From: Vicinamibacterales bacterium
GTDB taxonomy: Bacteria > Acidobacteriota > Vicinamibacteria > Vicinamibacterales > UBA2999
Length of the DNA stretch: 64,000 bases
Direction of reading: 5' to 3'
NCBI GenBank assembly: GCA_041394705.1
Contig: JAWKHS010000025.1
Coordinates: forward strand, 6,157 to 70,156
This document shows, piece after piece, positions 20,484 through 28,239 of this stretch. The position numbers and the translations under genes were made by a program. Under the pieces are notes generated by a model. The model was not told the DNA's origin and ran no database searches. It worked only from the letters and a program-made list of their open reading frames with translations. Positions within the stretch are counted from its first letter, which is position 1. Each line of letters begins with the position of its first letter.

Positions 20484-21752
20484 ATGAGCGCCCACACCCG
20501 GCGCGCGGCCTGCCGTGCCTGCGGCACCCCGTTCGACGCGCCGTTCCTGGCGCTCGGACCGATGCCGCTCGCCAACAACCTCCCGCGATCGCCGGAGGAG
20601 TTGGCGGCGCAGGCACGCTATCCGCTCGACGTCTGCGTGTGCCGGACCTGCTCGCTCGTGCAGACGCCGGACGTCATCGACCCGCGCGTGCTGTTCGCGC
20701 ACTACGTCTACCTGACCGGGATGTCCGAGACGATGCGCGTCCACAACCGCGCGTACGCCGCGCACGTGGTCGGGCTCACGGGCGCGGGCGCCGGCGATCT
20801 CGTGGTGGACATCGCCAGCAACGACGGCAGCCTCCTGCTCGAGTTCCAGCCGCACGGCGTGCGGACGCTCGGCATCGAGCCGGCCGCCAACGTCGCCGAC
20901 ATCGCGCGGGGCCGGGGCGTGGACACGGTGACGCGGTTCTTCGACGACACCGCCGGCCGCGACCTGCGCGACGAGCATGGCCCCGCGGCGGCCGTGCTGG
21001 CCAACAACGTCCTGGCGCACGTGGACGACCCGGTCGGCTTCCTCCGCGGCGCGGGGCGCCTCATCGGCCCGCGCGGCCTGGTCGTCATCGAGGCGCCGTA
21101 TGTCGCCGAGATGCTCGACCGGCTCGAATACGACACCATCTATCACGAGCACCTCTCGTACTTCTCGATCGGCGCGCTGGCGCGGCTCGCGGACGAAGCG
21201 GGACTCGTGCTCGTTCGCGTGGACCACGTGCCCATCCACGGCGGGTCGCTCCGGGCGCACTTCGGCCATCCGGCGGCATGGGCCGGACACGGCACCACCG
21301 TGTCCGACGCCGTGGCCCGGGAGCGCGCCCAGGGACTCGCGGACGTGGGCAGGTACGCGCGGTTCGCGGAGGCCGTGCACGCGCACCGCCAGGCGCTCCG
21401 GGCCCTCGTCGGCGACCTGGCGGCCGCCGGACACGTCGTGGCCGGCTACGGTGCGCCGGCCAAGGCGACGACGCTCCTGAACTTCTGCGGCCTCGGGCCG
21501 GAGGCGATCGCGTTCACCGTGGACCGCAACCCGCTCAAGGTGGGCGCCTTCGTGCCGGGCGTCGGCGTGCCGATCCTCGACGTGGACGCGCTGGCCAGCC
21601 GGCGTCCCGATTACGCGCTGATCTTCCCGTGGAACCTGGCCGCCGAGATCGCGGCCCAGCAGCAGGCCTATCGCGAGCAGGGCGGGCAGTTCCTGCTGCC
21701 GCTGCCGGAGCCGCGGCCGCTGGCCATCGCGGCGGAGGGGAGGGCCCAGTGA
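20484..21752 (+). CDS. NDP-hexose C-methyltransferase (TylCIII-like; zinc-ribbon + class I MT + C-methyltransferase C-domain)
   Basis: 422 aa. N-terminal CRACG...CRTCSLVQ zinc ribbon, SAM motif VVDIASNDGSLL, NNVLAHVDDP, C-terminal GYGAPAKATTLLNF block. Confidence 0.85.
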   Translation: MSAHTRRAACRACGTPFDAPFLALGPMPLANNLPRSPEELAAQARYPLDVCVCRTCSLVQTPDVIDPRVLFAHYVYLTGMSETMRVHNRAYAAHVVGLTGAGAGDLVVDIASNDGSLLLEFQPHGVRTLGIEPAANVADIARGRGVDTVTRFFDDTAGRDLRDEHGPAAAVLANNVLAHVDDPVGFLRGAGRLIGPRGLVVIEAPYVAEMLDRLEYDTIYHEHLSYFSIGALARLADEAGLVLVRVDHVPIHGGSLRAHFGHPAAWAGHGTTVSDAVARERAQGLADVGRYARFAEAVHAHRQALRALVGDLAAAGHVVAGYGAPAKATTLLNFCGLGPEAIAFTVDRNPLKVGAFVPGVGVPILDVDALASRRPDYALIFPWNLAAEIAAQQQAYREQGGQFLLPLPEPRPLAIAAEGRAQ

Positions 21753-22516
21753 AGGTCGTGATCCTGGCTGGAGGCAAGGGGACGCGGATCGCGGAGGAGA
21801 CCGTCACCCGTCCGAAGCCCATGGTGGAGATCGGCGGCCGGCCGATCCTGTGGCACATCATGAGCATCTACGCCGCGCACGGGCTGAACGACTTCGTCGT
21901 CGCGTGCGGGTATCGCGGCGAGCTCATCAAGGAGTACTTCAACAACTTCTTCGTGCACCACAGCGACTTCGCGATCAACCTGAAGGACGGCACCCGCGAC
22001 GTCCTGAACGCGGGCGCGCCGGACTGGCGCGTGACCGTCGTCGACACGGGTCTCGACACGATGACGGGCGGCCGCGTGCGCCGGCTCCGGCCCCTGCTGC
22101 AGGACGGCACGTTCATGGTCACCTACGGCGACGGACTCGGCGCCGTCGATCTCCGGGCGTTGCTGGCGTTCCACCGCGCCCACGGGCGCCTCGCGACGGT
22201 CACGGCGGTCCGGCCCCCGGCGCGGTTCGGCAATCTGGCCATCGATGGCGATCGGGTGCGCGAGTTCGCGGAGAAGCCCCAGACCGGCGAGGGCTGGATC
22301 AACGGCGGGTTCTTCGTCTTCGAACCGGGCCTGTTCGACTACATCGCCGCCGACGCGACGTCGCTCGAGCAGGAGCCCCTCGAACGCGTCGCCGCCGACG
22401 GCCAGCTGATGGCCTACAAGCACGAGGGCTTCTGGCAGCCCATGGACACGGTCCGGGAGCGGCAGCTGCTCGAGTCCCTGTGGGCCAGCGGAGGTGCGCC
22501 GTGGAAAGTGTGGTGA
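21749..22516 (+). CDS. rfbF: glucose-1-phosphate cytidylyltransferase
   Basis: GTG 21749 overlaps the previous stop (GTGA). 255 aa. VILAGGKGTRI, KPMVEIGGRPILWHIM, GGFFVFEP. Confidence 0.94.
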   Translation: MKVVILAGGKGTRIAEETVTRPKPMVEIGGRPILWHIMSIYAAHGLNDFVVACGYRGELIKEYFNNFFVHHSDFAINLKDGTRDVLNAGAPDWRVTVVDTGLDTMTGGRVRRLRPLLQDGTFMVTYGDGLGAVDLRALLAFHRAHGRLATVTAVRPPARFGNLAIDGDRVREFAEKPQTGEGWINGGFFVFEPGLFDYIAADATSLEQEPLERVAADGQLMAYKHEGFWQPMDTVRERQLLESLWASGGAPWKVW

Positions 22517-23520
22517 AGTCCTGGGAGGGGCGTCGGGTCTTCGTGACCGGCGCCACGGGCCTGCTCGGGGCCTGGCTGGTGGACGAGCTCGTGCGGCGCG
22601 GCGCCGAGGTCGTCTGCCTCGTCCGCGACTGGCTGCCCGACACCCACTTCGTCCGGGCCGACCTGGCGGCGCGCACCACCCTGGTGCACGGCGACCTCGT
22701 CGATCATCCGCTGCTCGTGCGCGCGCTCAACGAGCACGAGATCGACAGCGTGTTCCACCTGGGCGCGCAGACGATCGTGGGGGTCGCGTCACGCCATCCG
22801 CTGTCCACGTTCGAGTCGAACGTCCGCGGCACCTGGAACCTGCTCGAGGCGGCCCGGGCGTGCGGCCCGCGCATCGCGCGCGTCGTCGTGGCGTCGAGCG
22901 ACAAGGCGTACGGACAACAGGAGGTCCTGCCGTACACGGAGGCGACCGCGCTCGAAGGCCGCTTCCCGTACGACGTCTCGAAGTCGTGCGCGGACCTCAT
23001 CGCGCTGTCCTACTTCCACACCTACCGCCTGCCGGTCGCGATCACGCGGTGCGGCAACCTGTTCGGAGGCGGCGACCTCAACTTCAACCGCCTCGTGCCT
23101 GGCACCATCCGGTCCGCCCTTCGGGGCGAATCGCCCGTCATCCGCAGCGACGGGCGCTACGTTCGGGAGTACTTCTACGTCCGCGACGCCGTGGACGCCT
23201 ACCTCGCGCTGGCCGAGCGGGTGCCCGACCTGGCGGGGCATGCCTTCAATTTCGGCAGCGGCGAGACCTACACGGTGCTCGAGATGGTCGAGAAGATCCT
23301 GGCCGTGATGGGGAAGACGGCCCTCGCGCCCACGGTGCTGAACCAGGCGGTCCATGAGATCCCCGAGCAGGCCCTCGACTGCGGCAAGGCGAAGGCCGTG
23401 CTCGGCTGGGAGCCCACGTTCAGGCTGGAGGCGGGGCTTCGCGAGACCGTTGCCTGGTACGAGACCTACCTGGCCCAGGGACATCCCGTTCGTCCCGCCG
23501 CCGGGCCCGTGGACGCGTAA
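22510..23520 (+). CDS. rfbG: CDP-glucose 4,6-dehydratase
   Basis: GTG 22510 (alternatives 22501 and 22513) overlaps the rfbF stop. 336 aa. VFVTGATGLLGAWL, YDVSKSCAD (YxxxK). Confidence 0.92.
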   Translation: MVKSWEGRRVFVTGATGLLGAWLVDELVRRGAEVVCLVRDWLPDTHFVRADLAARTTLVHGDLVDHPLLVRALNEHEIDSVFHLGAQTIVGVASRHPLSTFESNVRGTWNLLEAARACGPRIARVVVASSDKAYGQQEVLPYTEATALEGRFPYDVSKSCADLIALSYFHTYRLPVAITRCGNLFGGGDLNFNRLVPGTIRSALRGESPVIRSDGRYVREYFYVRDAVDAYLALAERVPDLAGHAFNFGSGETYTVLEMVEKILAVMGKTALAPTVLNQAVHEIPEQALDCGKAKAVLGWEPTFRLEAGLRETVAWYETYLAQGHPVRPAAGPVDA

Positions 23521-23584
23521 CGGGCACGCCGGGCCGTCGGTCGCCGACGGCCGGCGCGTGATAGGGTTCCGGGCGGAGGCATCG

Positions 23585-24028
23585 ATGGAACGTCGTGACG
23601 TACTCAAGGCCGGGGCGGCCATCGTCGTGGGCCGCGTGGCGGGAGGCGACCGTGCCCTGGCGCAGGCGCCCGCGCGCCCCGCGTCCCAGACCAGGTCCCT
23701 CGGCATCCACCCGCTCAGCCCCGCCCTCGACGGCTGGCAGGGCACGATTCTGGAAGTGACGTATCCGCCGGGGCAGGTCGGCGCGTCGCACCAGCATCCC
23801 GGGCCGACCTTCGGTTACGTGGTGCGGGGCAGCATCCGCTGGGCGATCAACGGCGAGCCGGCGAAGGTGCTCGGGCCCGGCCAGTCGTTCTACGAGCCCA
23901 TGGGGGCCGTGCACTCGACCTCGGCCAATGCCAGTGAGACCGAGCCTGCCGTCATCGCGGTGGTGATCCTCGGCAAGCCGGGCGAGCCGCTGTCGAAGCC
24001 CGCGACGGCGAAGCCGGGCGGCGAGTAG
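23585..24028 (+). CDS. TAT-signal cupin-domain protein
   Basis: ATG 23585, 5 nt after GGAGG. 147 aa. Twin-arginine MERRDVLKAGAA. Cupin metal motif SHQHPGP...FYEPMGAVH. Confidence 0.8.
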   Translation: MERRDVLKAGAAIVVGRVAGGDRALAQAPARPASQTRSLGIHPLSPALDGWQGTILEVTYPPGQVGASHQHPGPTFGYVVRGSIRWAINGEPAKVLGPGQSFYEPMGAVHSTSANASETEPAVIAVVILGKPGEPLSKPATAKPGGE

Positions 24029-24047
24029 CGCGGGAGCGGTCCGTGCG

Positions 24048-24860
24048 CTAGAACGTGCGCGCGGTGGGCACGGGCCACCACCGCACCTGCACCTTACCGA
24101 CGATGTAGCGCTTCGGGACGAACCCGAAGTGGCGGCTGTCCTGGCTGTTGTTGCGGTGGTCGCCCATCACGAAGTAGTGGCCGTGCGGGACCACCTGCGG
24201 CCCCCAGTCGTCGTGACTCTGGTACTCGGCCGGCACGTATTCGCTCGGCATCGGGACGTCGTTGACGTAGACGCGGCCGTCGACGATTCGGACCTGATCG
24301 TCTTCCTCGGCGATGACCCGCTTGACGAACATCTTGTCGGGATCGAGCGGGTAGTAGAGCATCACGATGTCACCGCGGCGCGGCGACGAGATCCGGTAGA
24401 TCAGCTTGTTGACGATGAGCCGATCCTGATCGTCCAGCGTGGGAGCCATGCTGAGCCCCTCGACGCGCGCCACCTGGAAGACGAACGTCACGATGACGAC
24501 GGCGTAGAGCGCGGCGGACGCCAGCGTCTTCATCCACGCCCAGAACTCCTCGTGCCACGCGGCCAGCCGATCGGCGCGGGAAGGCGGCGCGTCCGCGGGC
24601 ACGAAGCCGGGCCCGGCCGGGGCCGCCGGAGGGGCGCCGAAGCCGCTGAGCGGCACCGCCGTGAACGTCTGTGGGCCAGGGTCCGGCGCGGGCGTGGACG
24701 CGGTCCGCATGCCCGGGAATGCCCCGGTCGGCGCGTCGAGCGGGAACGCGTGCGTGGTGCCCGCGGCCTGCGGGTCGCCGCCGTCAATCCCGGCGCGGGC
24801 CGATGGAGCGTCGTCGAGGGGAGCGGGGAGGTCGGCTGAGTCGCGGTCGGACGGCTCCAC
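24048..24860 (-). CDS. lepB: signal peptidase I with long Pro/Ala-rich N-terminal extension
   Basis: 270 aa. GLSMAPTL (Ser), VKRVIA (Lys), GDHRNNSQDSRHFG. GTG 24860 lies 9 nt after AGGAG. Confidence 0.9.
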   Translation of the reverse strand: MEPSDRDSADLPAPLDDAPSARAGIDGGDPQAAGTTHAFPLDAPTGAFPGMRTASTPAPDPGPQTFTAVPLSGFGAPPAAPAGPGFVPADAPPSRADRLAAWHEEFWAWMKTLASAALYAVVIVTFVFQVARVEGLSMAPTLDDQDRLIVNKLIYRISSPRRGDIVMLYYPLDPDKMFVKRVIAEEDDQVRIVDGRVYVNDVPMPSEYVPAEYQSHDDWGPQVVPHGHYFVMGDHRNNSQDSRHFGFVPKRYIVGKVQVRWWPVPTARTF

Positions 24861-25017
24861 GGGCGTGGACTCCTCGAGTGTCGATACGAACGGACGCCGG
24901 GAGGCGTTTCACGGCGCCGGAGCCTTCATCCTACCCGAACGCCGCGGCCCGCTCCCTGTCACGTCGGTAAGGGATGGTCCGCCGCCGGCCCGTCGCGGCC
25001 GGGCCGCGGGGTCGAGT

Positions 25018-25023
25018 TACAAT
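25018..25023 (+). promoter_or_regulatory. -10-like TACAAT upstream of nuoI
   Basis: TACAAT lies about 40 nt upstream of the ATG at 25065. GGGAGGGGAG (25051-25060) sits between them. No convincing -35. Confidence 0.25.
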
Positions 25024-25064
25024 CATCGGGCTCGGGACCCGCCATGTCCCGGGAGGGGAGCGGC

Positions 25065-25508
25065 ATGATTCGCCCGTTGGTCAACGGTTTTGCGCTGACG
25101 TTCAAGCACCTGTTCCGCCGTCCGATCACGGTGGACTACCCCAACCAGAAGGTGCCGATGTTCCCCCGGTACCGTGGGAAGCAGGTGCTGATGCGCGACG
25201 AGCACGGGATGGAGAAGTGCGTCGCCTGCGGCCTGTGTTCGGTGGCCTGTCCGGCCGACGCCATCTACCTCGAGGCGGCCGAGAACGACGGCACCGTCAT
25301 GGCCGGCCCGCGCTATGCGGCGGTCTACCAGATCCACAAGACCCGGTGCATCTTCTGCGGCTACTGCGAGGAGGCCTGCCCGGTCTCGGCCATCTTCATG
25401 GGCAAGGACTACGAGCTGGCCGTGTACAGCAAGGACGACTTCGTCTGGGACAAGACGGAGCTCCTCGTGCCCCCGCCGGCGGGCGTGAGCGGCCCCCAGT
25501 CGGCCTAG
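25065..25508 (+). CDS. nuoI: NADH-quinone oxidoreductase subunit I (2x[4Fe-4S])
   Basis: 147 aa from ATG 25065 (SD GGGAGGGGAG 4 nt upstream; alternative ATG 25044). CVACGLCSVACP and CIFCGYCEEACP motifs. Collinear with Nqo9/NuoI. Confidence 0.9.
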   Translation: MIRPLVNGFALTFKHLFRRPITVDYPNQKVPMFPRYRGKQVLMRDEHGMEKCVACGLCSVACPADAIYLEAAENDGTVMAGPRYAAVYQIHKTRCIFCGYCEEACPVSAIFMGKDYELAVYSKDDFVWDKTELLVPPPAGVSGPQSA

Positions 25509-25548
25509 TCCGTCGCCGCGGCCCGGTGCGGCGGCGGCGCCCACCCCG

Positions 25549-27420
25549 ATGCCTCGCGCCCCATTTCTCGACGCCCTGGCGTCCCGCGTGCTCGTCTGCG
25601 ACGGCGCGATGGGTACGATGCTGTACGGCAAGGGCGTCTTCATCAACCGCTGCTTCGAGTCGCTGAACCTCTCGCAGCCCGACCTCGTGCTCGACGTGCA
25701 CCGGCAGTACGTGGCCGCCGGGGCCGACGTGATCGAGACCAACACGTTCGGCGCGTCGCGGCTCAAGCTTCGCGCGTTCGGGATGGGCGACCAGGTGCGC
25801 GAGGTGAACCTCGCCGGCGCCCGGCTGGCCCGCGAGGCCGCCGGCGACGACGCCTACGTGGCCGGGGCCATCGGGCCGCTGGGCGTGCGCATCGAGCCCT
25901 GGGGCAAGACGGGCGTCGACGAGGCCCGCGACTACTTCCGCGAACAGGCGGCCGCCCGCGCCGAGGGCGGCGTGGACCTGCTGATCCTCGAGACCTTCCG
26001 CGACTGGCACGAGGCCGCCGCCGCCGTCGATGCCGCGCGCGAGGCGTGCGACCTGCCGATCGTCGCGCAGGTCACGTCGGAAGACGATGGCAACAGCCTG
26101 GACGGCACGCCGCCGGAGCAGTTCGGCCCGGCGCTCGTCGCGCGCGGCGCGCGCGTGGTCGGCGTCAACTGCAGCGTGGGGCCCGCGCCGATGCTCGACA
26201 CGATCGAGCGCCTCGCCGATGCCTGCGGTGGTACCCCGCTCTCCGCCCAGCCCAACGCCGGCAAGCCGCGCGACATCGAGGGGCGGAACATCTACCTCTG
26301 CTCGCCCGAGTACATGGCGTCCTACGCGCGGCGCTTCATCACCAGCGGCGTGCGCCTGGTCGGCGGGTGCTGCGGCACGACTCCGGAGCACATCCGCCAG
26401 ATCGCCCTCGCGGTGAAGCAACTCGCGCCCGACGACGGCGCGCGCCGCGGAACGACGCGCCACCGGGCCGTCACCGTCGAGACGCCGCTGGCGAAGCCGC
26501 CGGTGCCGCTCGCCGAGCGGTCCGCCGTCGCTGCCAAGCTGGCGTCGGGCGCGTTCGTCGTCGGCGTCGAGCTGGCGCCGCCGCGCGGCCACGCGCCGGC
26601 CGACGCGCTGGACGAGGCGCGCCTGGCGGCCTCGCGCGGCGCGGATCTCGTCCTGGTGTCCGACACACCGCGTGGCGGCGCGCGCCTCGGCGCCCTGGCG
26701 ATGGCCGTCCTCATCCGCCAGCAGTGCGGGATCGAGCCCGTGCTCCAGTACTCCTGCCGCGACCGCAACCTGCTCGGGATCCAGTCCGACCTGCTCGGGG
26801 CGCACGCGATGGGCGTGCACAACATCGTCGGCATCACGGGCGACGTCAGGCGGATCGGCGACTACCCGGATGCGACGGCCGTGTTCGACGTGGACTCGGT
26901 CGGCCTGACCCACGTGCTGAGCCGCCTCAATCATGGCCTCGACATCGCGGGACAGCCGATCGGCGCGCCCACGGCGCTGCTCGCCGGCGTGATGGTCAAC
27001 CCGGCGGCGGCCGACCTGGACCGCGAGCTGCGGCGGTTCGAGTACAAGGTGGAGGCGGGGGCCGAGTTCGTCCTCACGCGGCCGCTCTTCGACGTCGCCG
27101 CCTTCGAGCGTTTCCTGGGACGGATTGCCCACCTCAAGGTGCCGGTGCTGGCAGGGCTGTGGCCGTTCGACTCGGTGATGAACGCCGAGTTCATGGCCAA
27201 CGAGGTGCCCGACGTGGTGGTACCGGACGCGCTCGTCGCCAGGATGCGCCAGGCGGCCAGCCCGGAGGCCGCGCGCCTCGAAGGCATTCGCATCGCACAG
27301 GAGCTCCTGGGCGCGCTCCGGCCGATGGCCGCGGGCGTCGTCGTATCGACGCCGGACGGCCGCGTCGGCCGGGCGCTCGAGGTGGTGCACGGCGTCGTGA
27401 GGGCGGCCCCGGCAAGCTGA
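25549..27420 (+). CDS. bifunctional homocysteine S-methyltransferase / methylenetetrahydrofolate reductase (YitJ-like)
   Basis: 623 aa. N-terminal Hcy-binding domain (LVCDGAMGT, ETNTFGA, GGCCGTTPEHI). C-terminal MTHFR-like domain. Confidence 0.9.
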   Translation: MPRAPFLDALASRVLVCDGAMGTMLYGKGVFINRCFESLNLSQPDLVLDVHRQYVAAGADVIETNTFGASRLKLRAFGMGDQVREVNLAGARLAREAAGDDAYVAGAIGPLGVRIEPWGKTGVDEARDYFREQAAARAEGGVDLLILETFRDWHEAAAAVDAAREACDLPIVAQVTSEDDGNSLDGTPPEQFGPALVARGARVVGVNCSVGPAPMLDTIERLADACGGTPLSAQPNAGKPRDIEGRNIYLCSPEYMASYARRFITSGVRLVGGCCGTTPEHIRQIALAVKQLAPDDGARRGTTRHRAVTVETPLAKPPVPLAERSAVAAKLASGAFVVGVELAPPRGHAPADALDEARLAASRGADLVLVSDTPRGGARLGALAMAVLIRQQCGIEPVLQYSCRDRNLLGIQSDLLGAHAMGVHNIVGITGDVRRIGDYPDATAVFDVDSVGLTHVLSRLNHGLDIAGQPIGAPTALLAGVMVNPAAADLDRELRRFEYKVEAGAEFVLTRPLFDVAAFERFLGRIAHLKVPVLAGLWPFDSVMNAEFMANEVPDVVVPDALVARMRQAASPEAARLEGIRIAQELLGALRPMAAGVVVSTPDGRVGRALEVVHGVVRAAPAS

Positions 27421-27427
27421 TCGGTTC

Positions 27428-27436
27428 TGGTATAGT
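27428..27436 (+). promoter_or_regulatory. extended -10 promoter element TGgTATAGT
   Basis: TGGTATAGT lies 26 nt upstream of the ATG at 27462, with SD GGAGGG at 27451-27456. No clear -35. Confidence 0.35.
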
Positions 27437-27461
27437 GCGGTCTGACCCGAGGAGGGTCCCA

Positions 27462-28157
27462 ATGGCCTTGTTCAGCGATCGGTCGACCGACAAGTACCTC
27501 GGCGCAGATGCCGCCACCCGTGCGTTGTCGTCGACGGCGGTCGAGAACGCCTTCGTCGAGCGGGTCTACGAGAAGCTGTCCGGGGTGTACGACCTGACCT
27601 TCGGCCCCACGCTCCACCCGGGCCGCCTGCAGGCGCTGGATCGCATGGCGATCGACGCCGGCGCGTCGGTGCTCGAAGTGGGCGTGGGCACGGGTATCAA
27701 CCTGGGGCTGTATCCTCGCGCCTGCCAGGTCACGGGCATCGATCTCTCCACCGGAATGCTCGACAAGGCCCGGGAGCGCATCCAGAAGAAGGGCCTCAGG
27801 AACTGCCGCGTGATGGAGATGGACGCGGCGGCGCTCAGCTTCGACGACGACACCTTCGACATCGTCTACGCGCCGTACCTGATCAGCGTCGTGCCGGACC
27901 CGGTGGCCGTCGCCCGCGAGATGCGCCGCGTCTGCCGCCCTGGCGGCCGTATCGTCATCCTGAATCACTTCAAGAGCGACAACCCCGTCCTCTCCCGGAT
28001 CGAGACCGCGATCTCGCCGATGACCGTGCACATCGGCTTCAAGTCCGATCTGGATCTCTACGGGTTCCTCCGCCAGGCCGAGCTCACGCCCATCTCGATC
28101 CAGAAGGTCAACCTCCTGTCGATGTGGTCGCTCGTCACCTGCGTCAAGGACGCCTGA
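27462..28157 (+). CDS. class I SAM-dependent methyltransferase (possibly PmtA-type phospholipid N-methyltransferase)
   Basis: 231 aa. VLEVGVGTGINL SAM motif. The N-terminal VYDLTFG block is reminiscent of Rhodobacter-type PmtA, from memory and unverified. Confidence 0.82.
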   Translation: MALFSDRSTDKYLGADAATRALSSTAVENAFVERVYEKLSGVYDLTFGPTLHPGRLQALDRMAIDAGASVLEVGVGTGINLGLYPRACQVTGIDLSTGMLDKARERIQKKGLRNCRVMEMDAAALSFDDDTFDIVYAPYLISVVPDPVAVAREMRRVCRPGGRIVILNHFKSDNPVLSRIETAISPMTVHIGFKSDLDLYGFLRQAELTPISIQKVNLLSMWSLVTCVKDA

Positions 28158-28203
28158 GCGGCGCGCCGGCCGGCCCCGGCGCATCCCTCCACATGCGGAT
28201 GAT

Positions 28204-28229
28204 CCGGGGACGCGATCCGCGCCCCCGGG
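28204..28229. terminator. GC-rich hairpin between convergent genes (candidate bidirectional terminator)
   Basis: ccggggacgcg-atc-cgcgcccccgg read directly. About 10 bp stem with one bulge. No flanking T/A tract. Confidence 0.35.
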
Positions 28230-28239
28230 CAGGCCTCCA

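Noticed and set aside
18950-21748. N-terminal 933 codons of the 1188-aa ORF 18950..22516.
   Set aside because: Only the last 255 codons (from GTG 21749) are RfbF. The upstream part is Arg/Pro/Gly junk in an alternative frame of the membrane-protein and C-methyltransferase genes.
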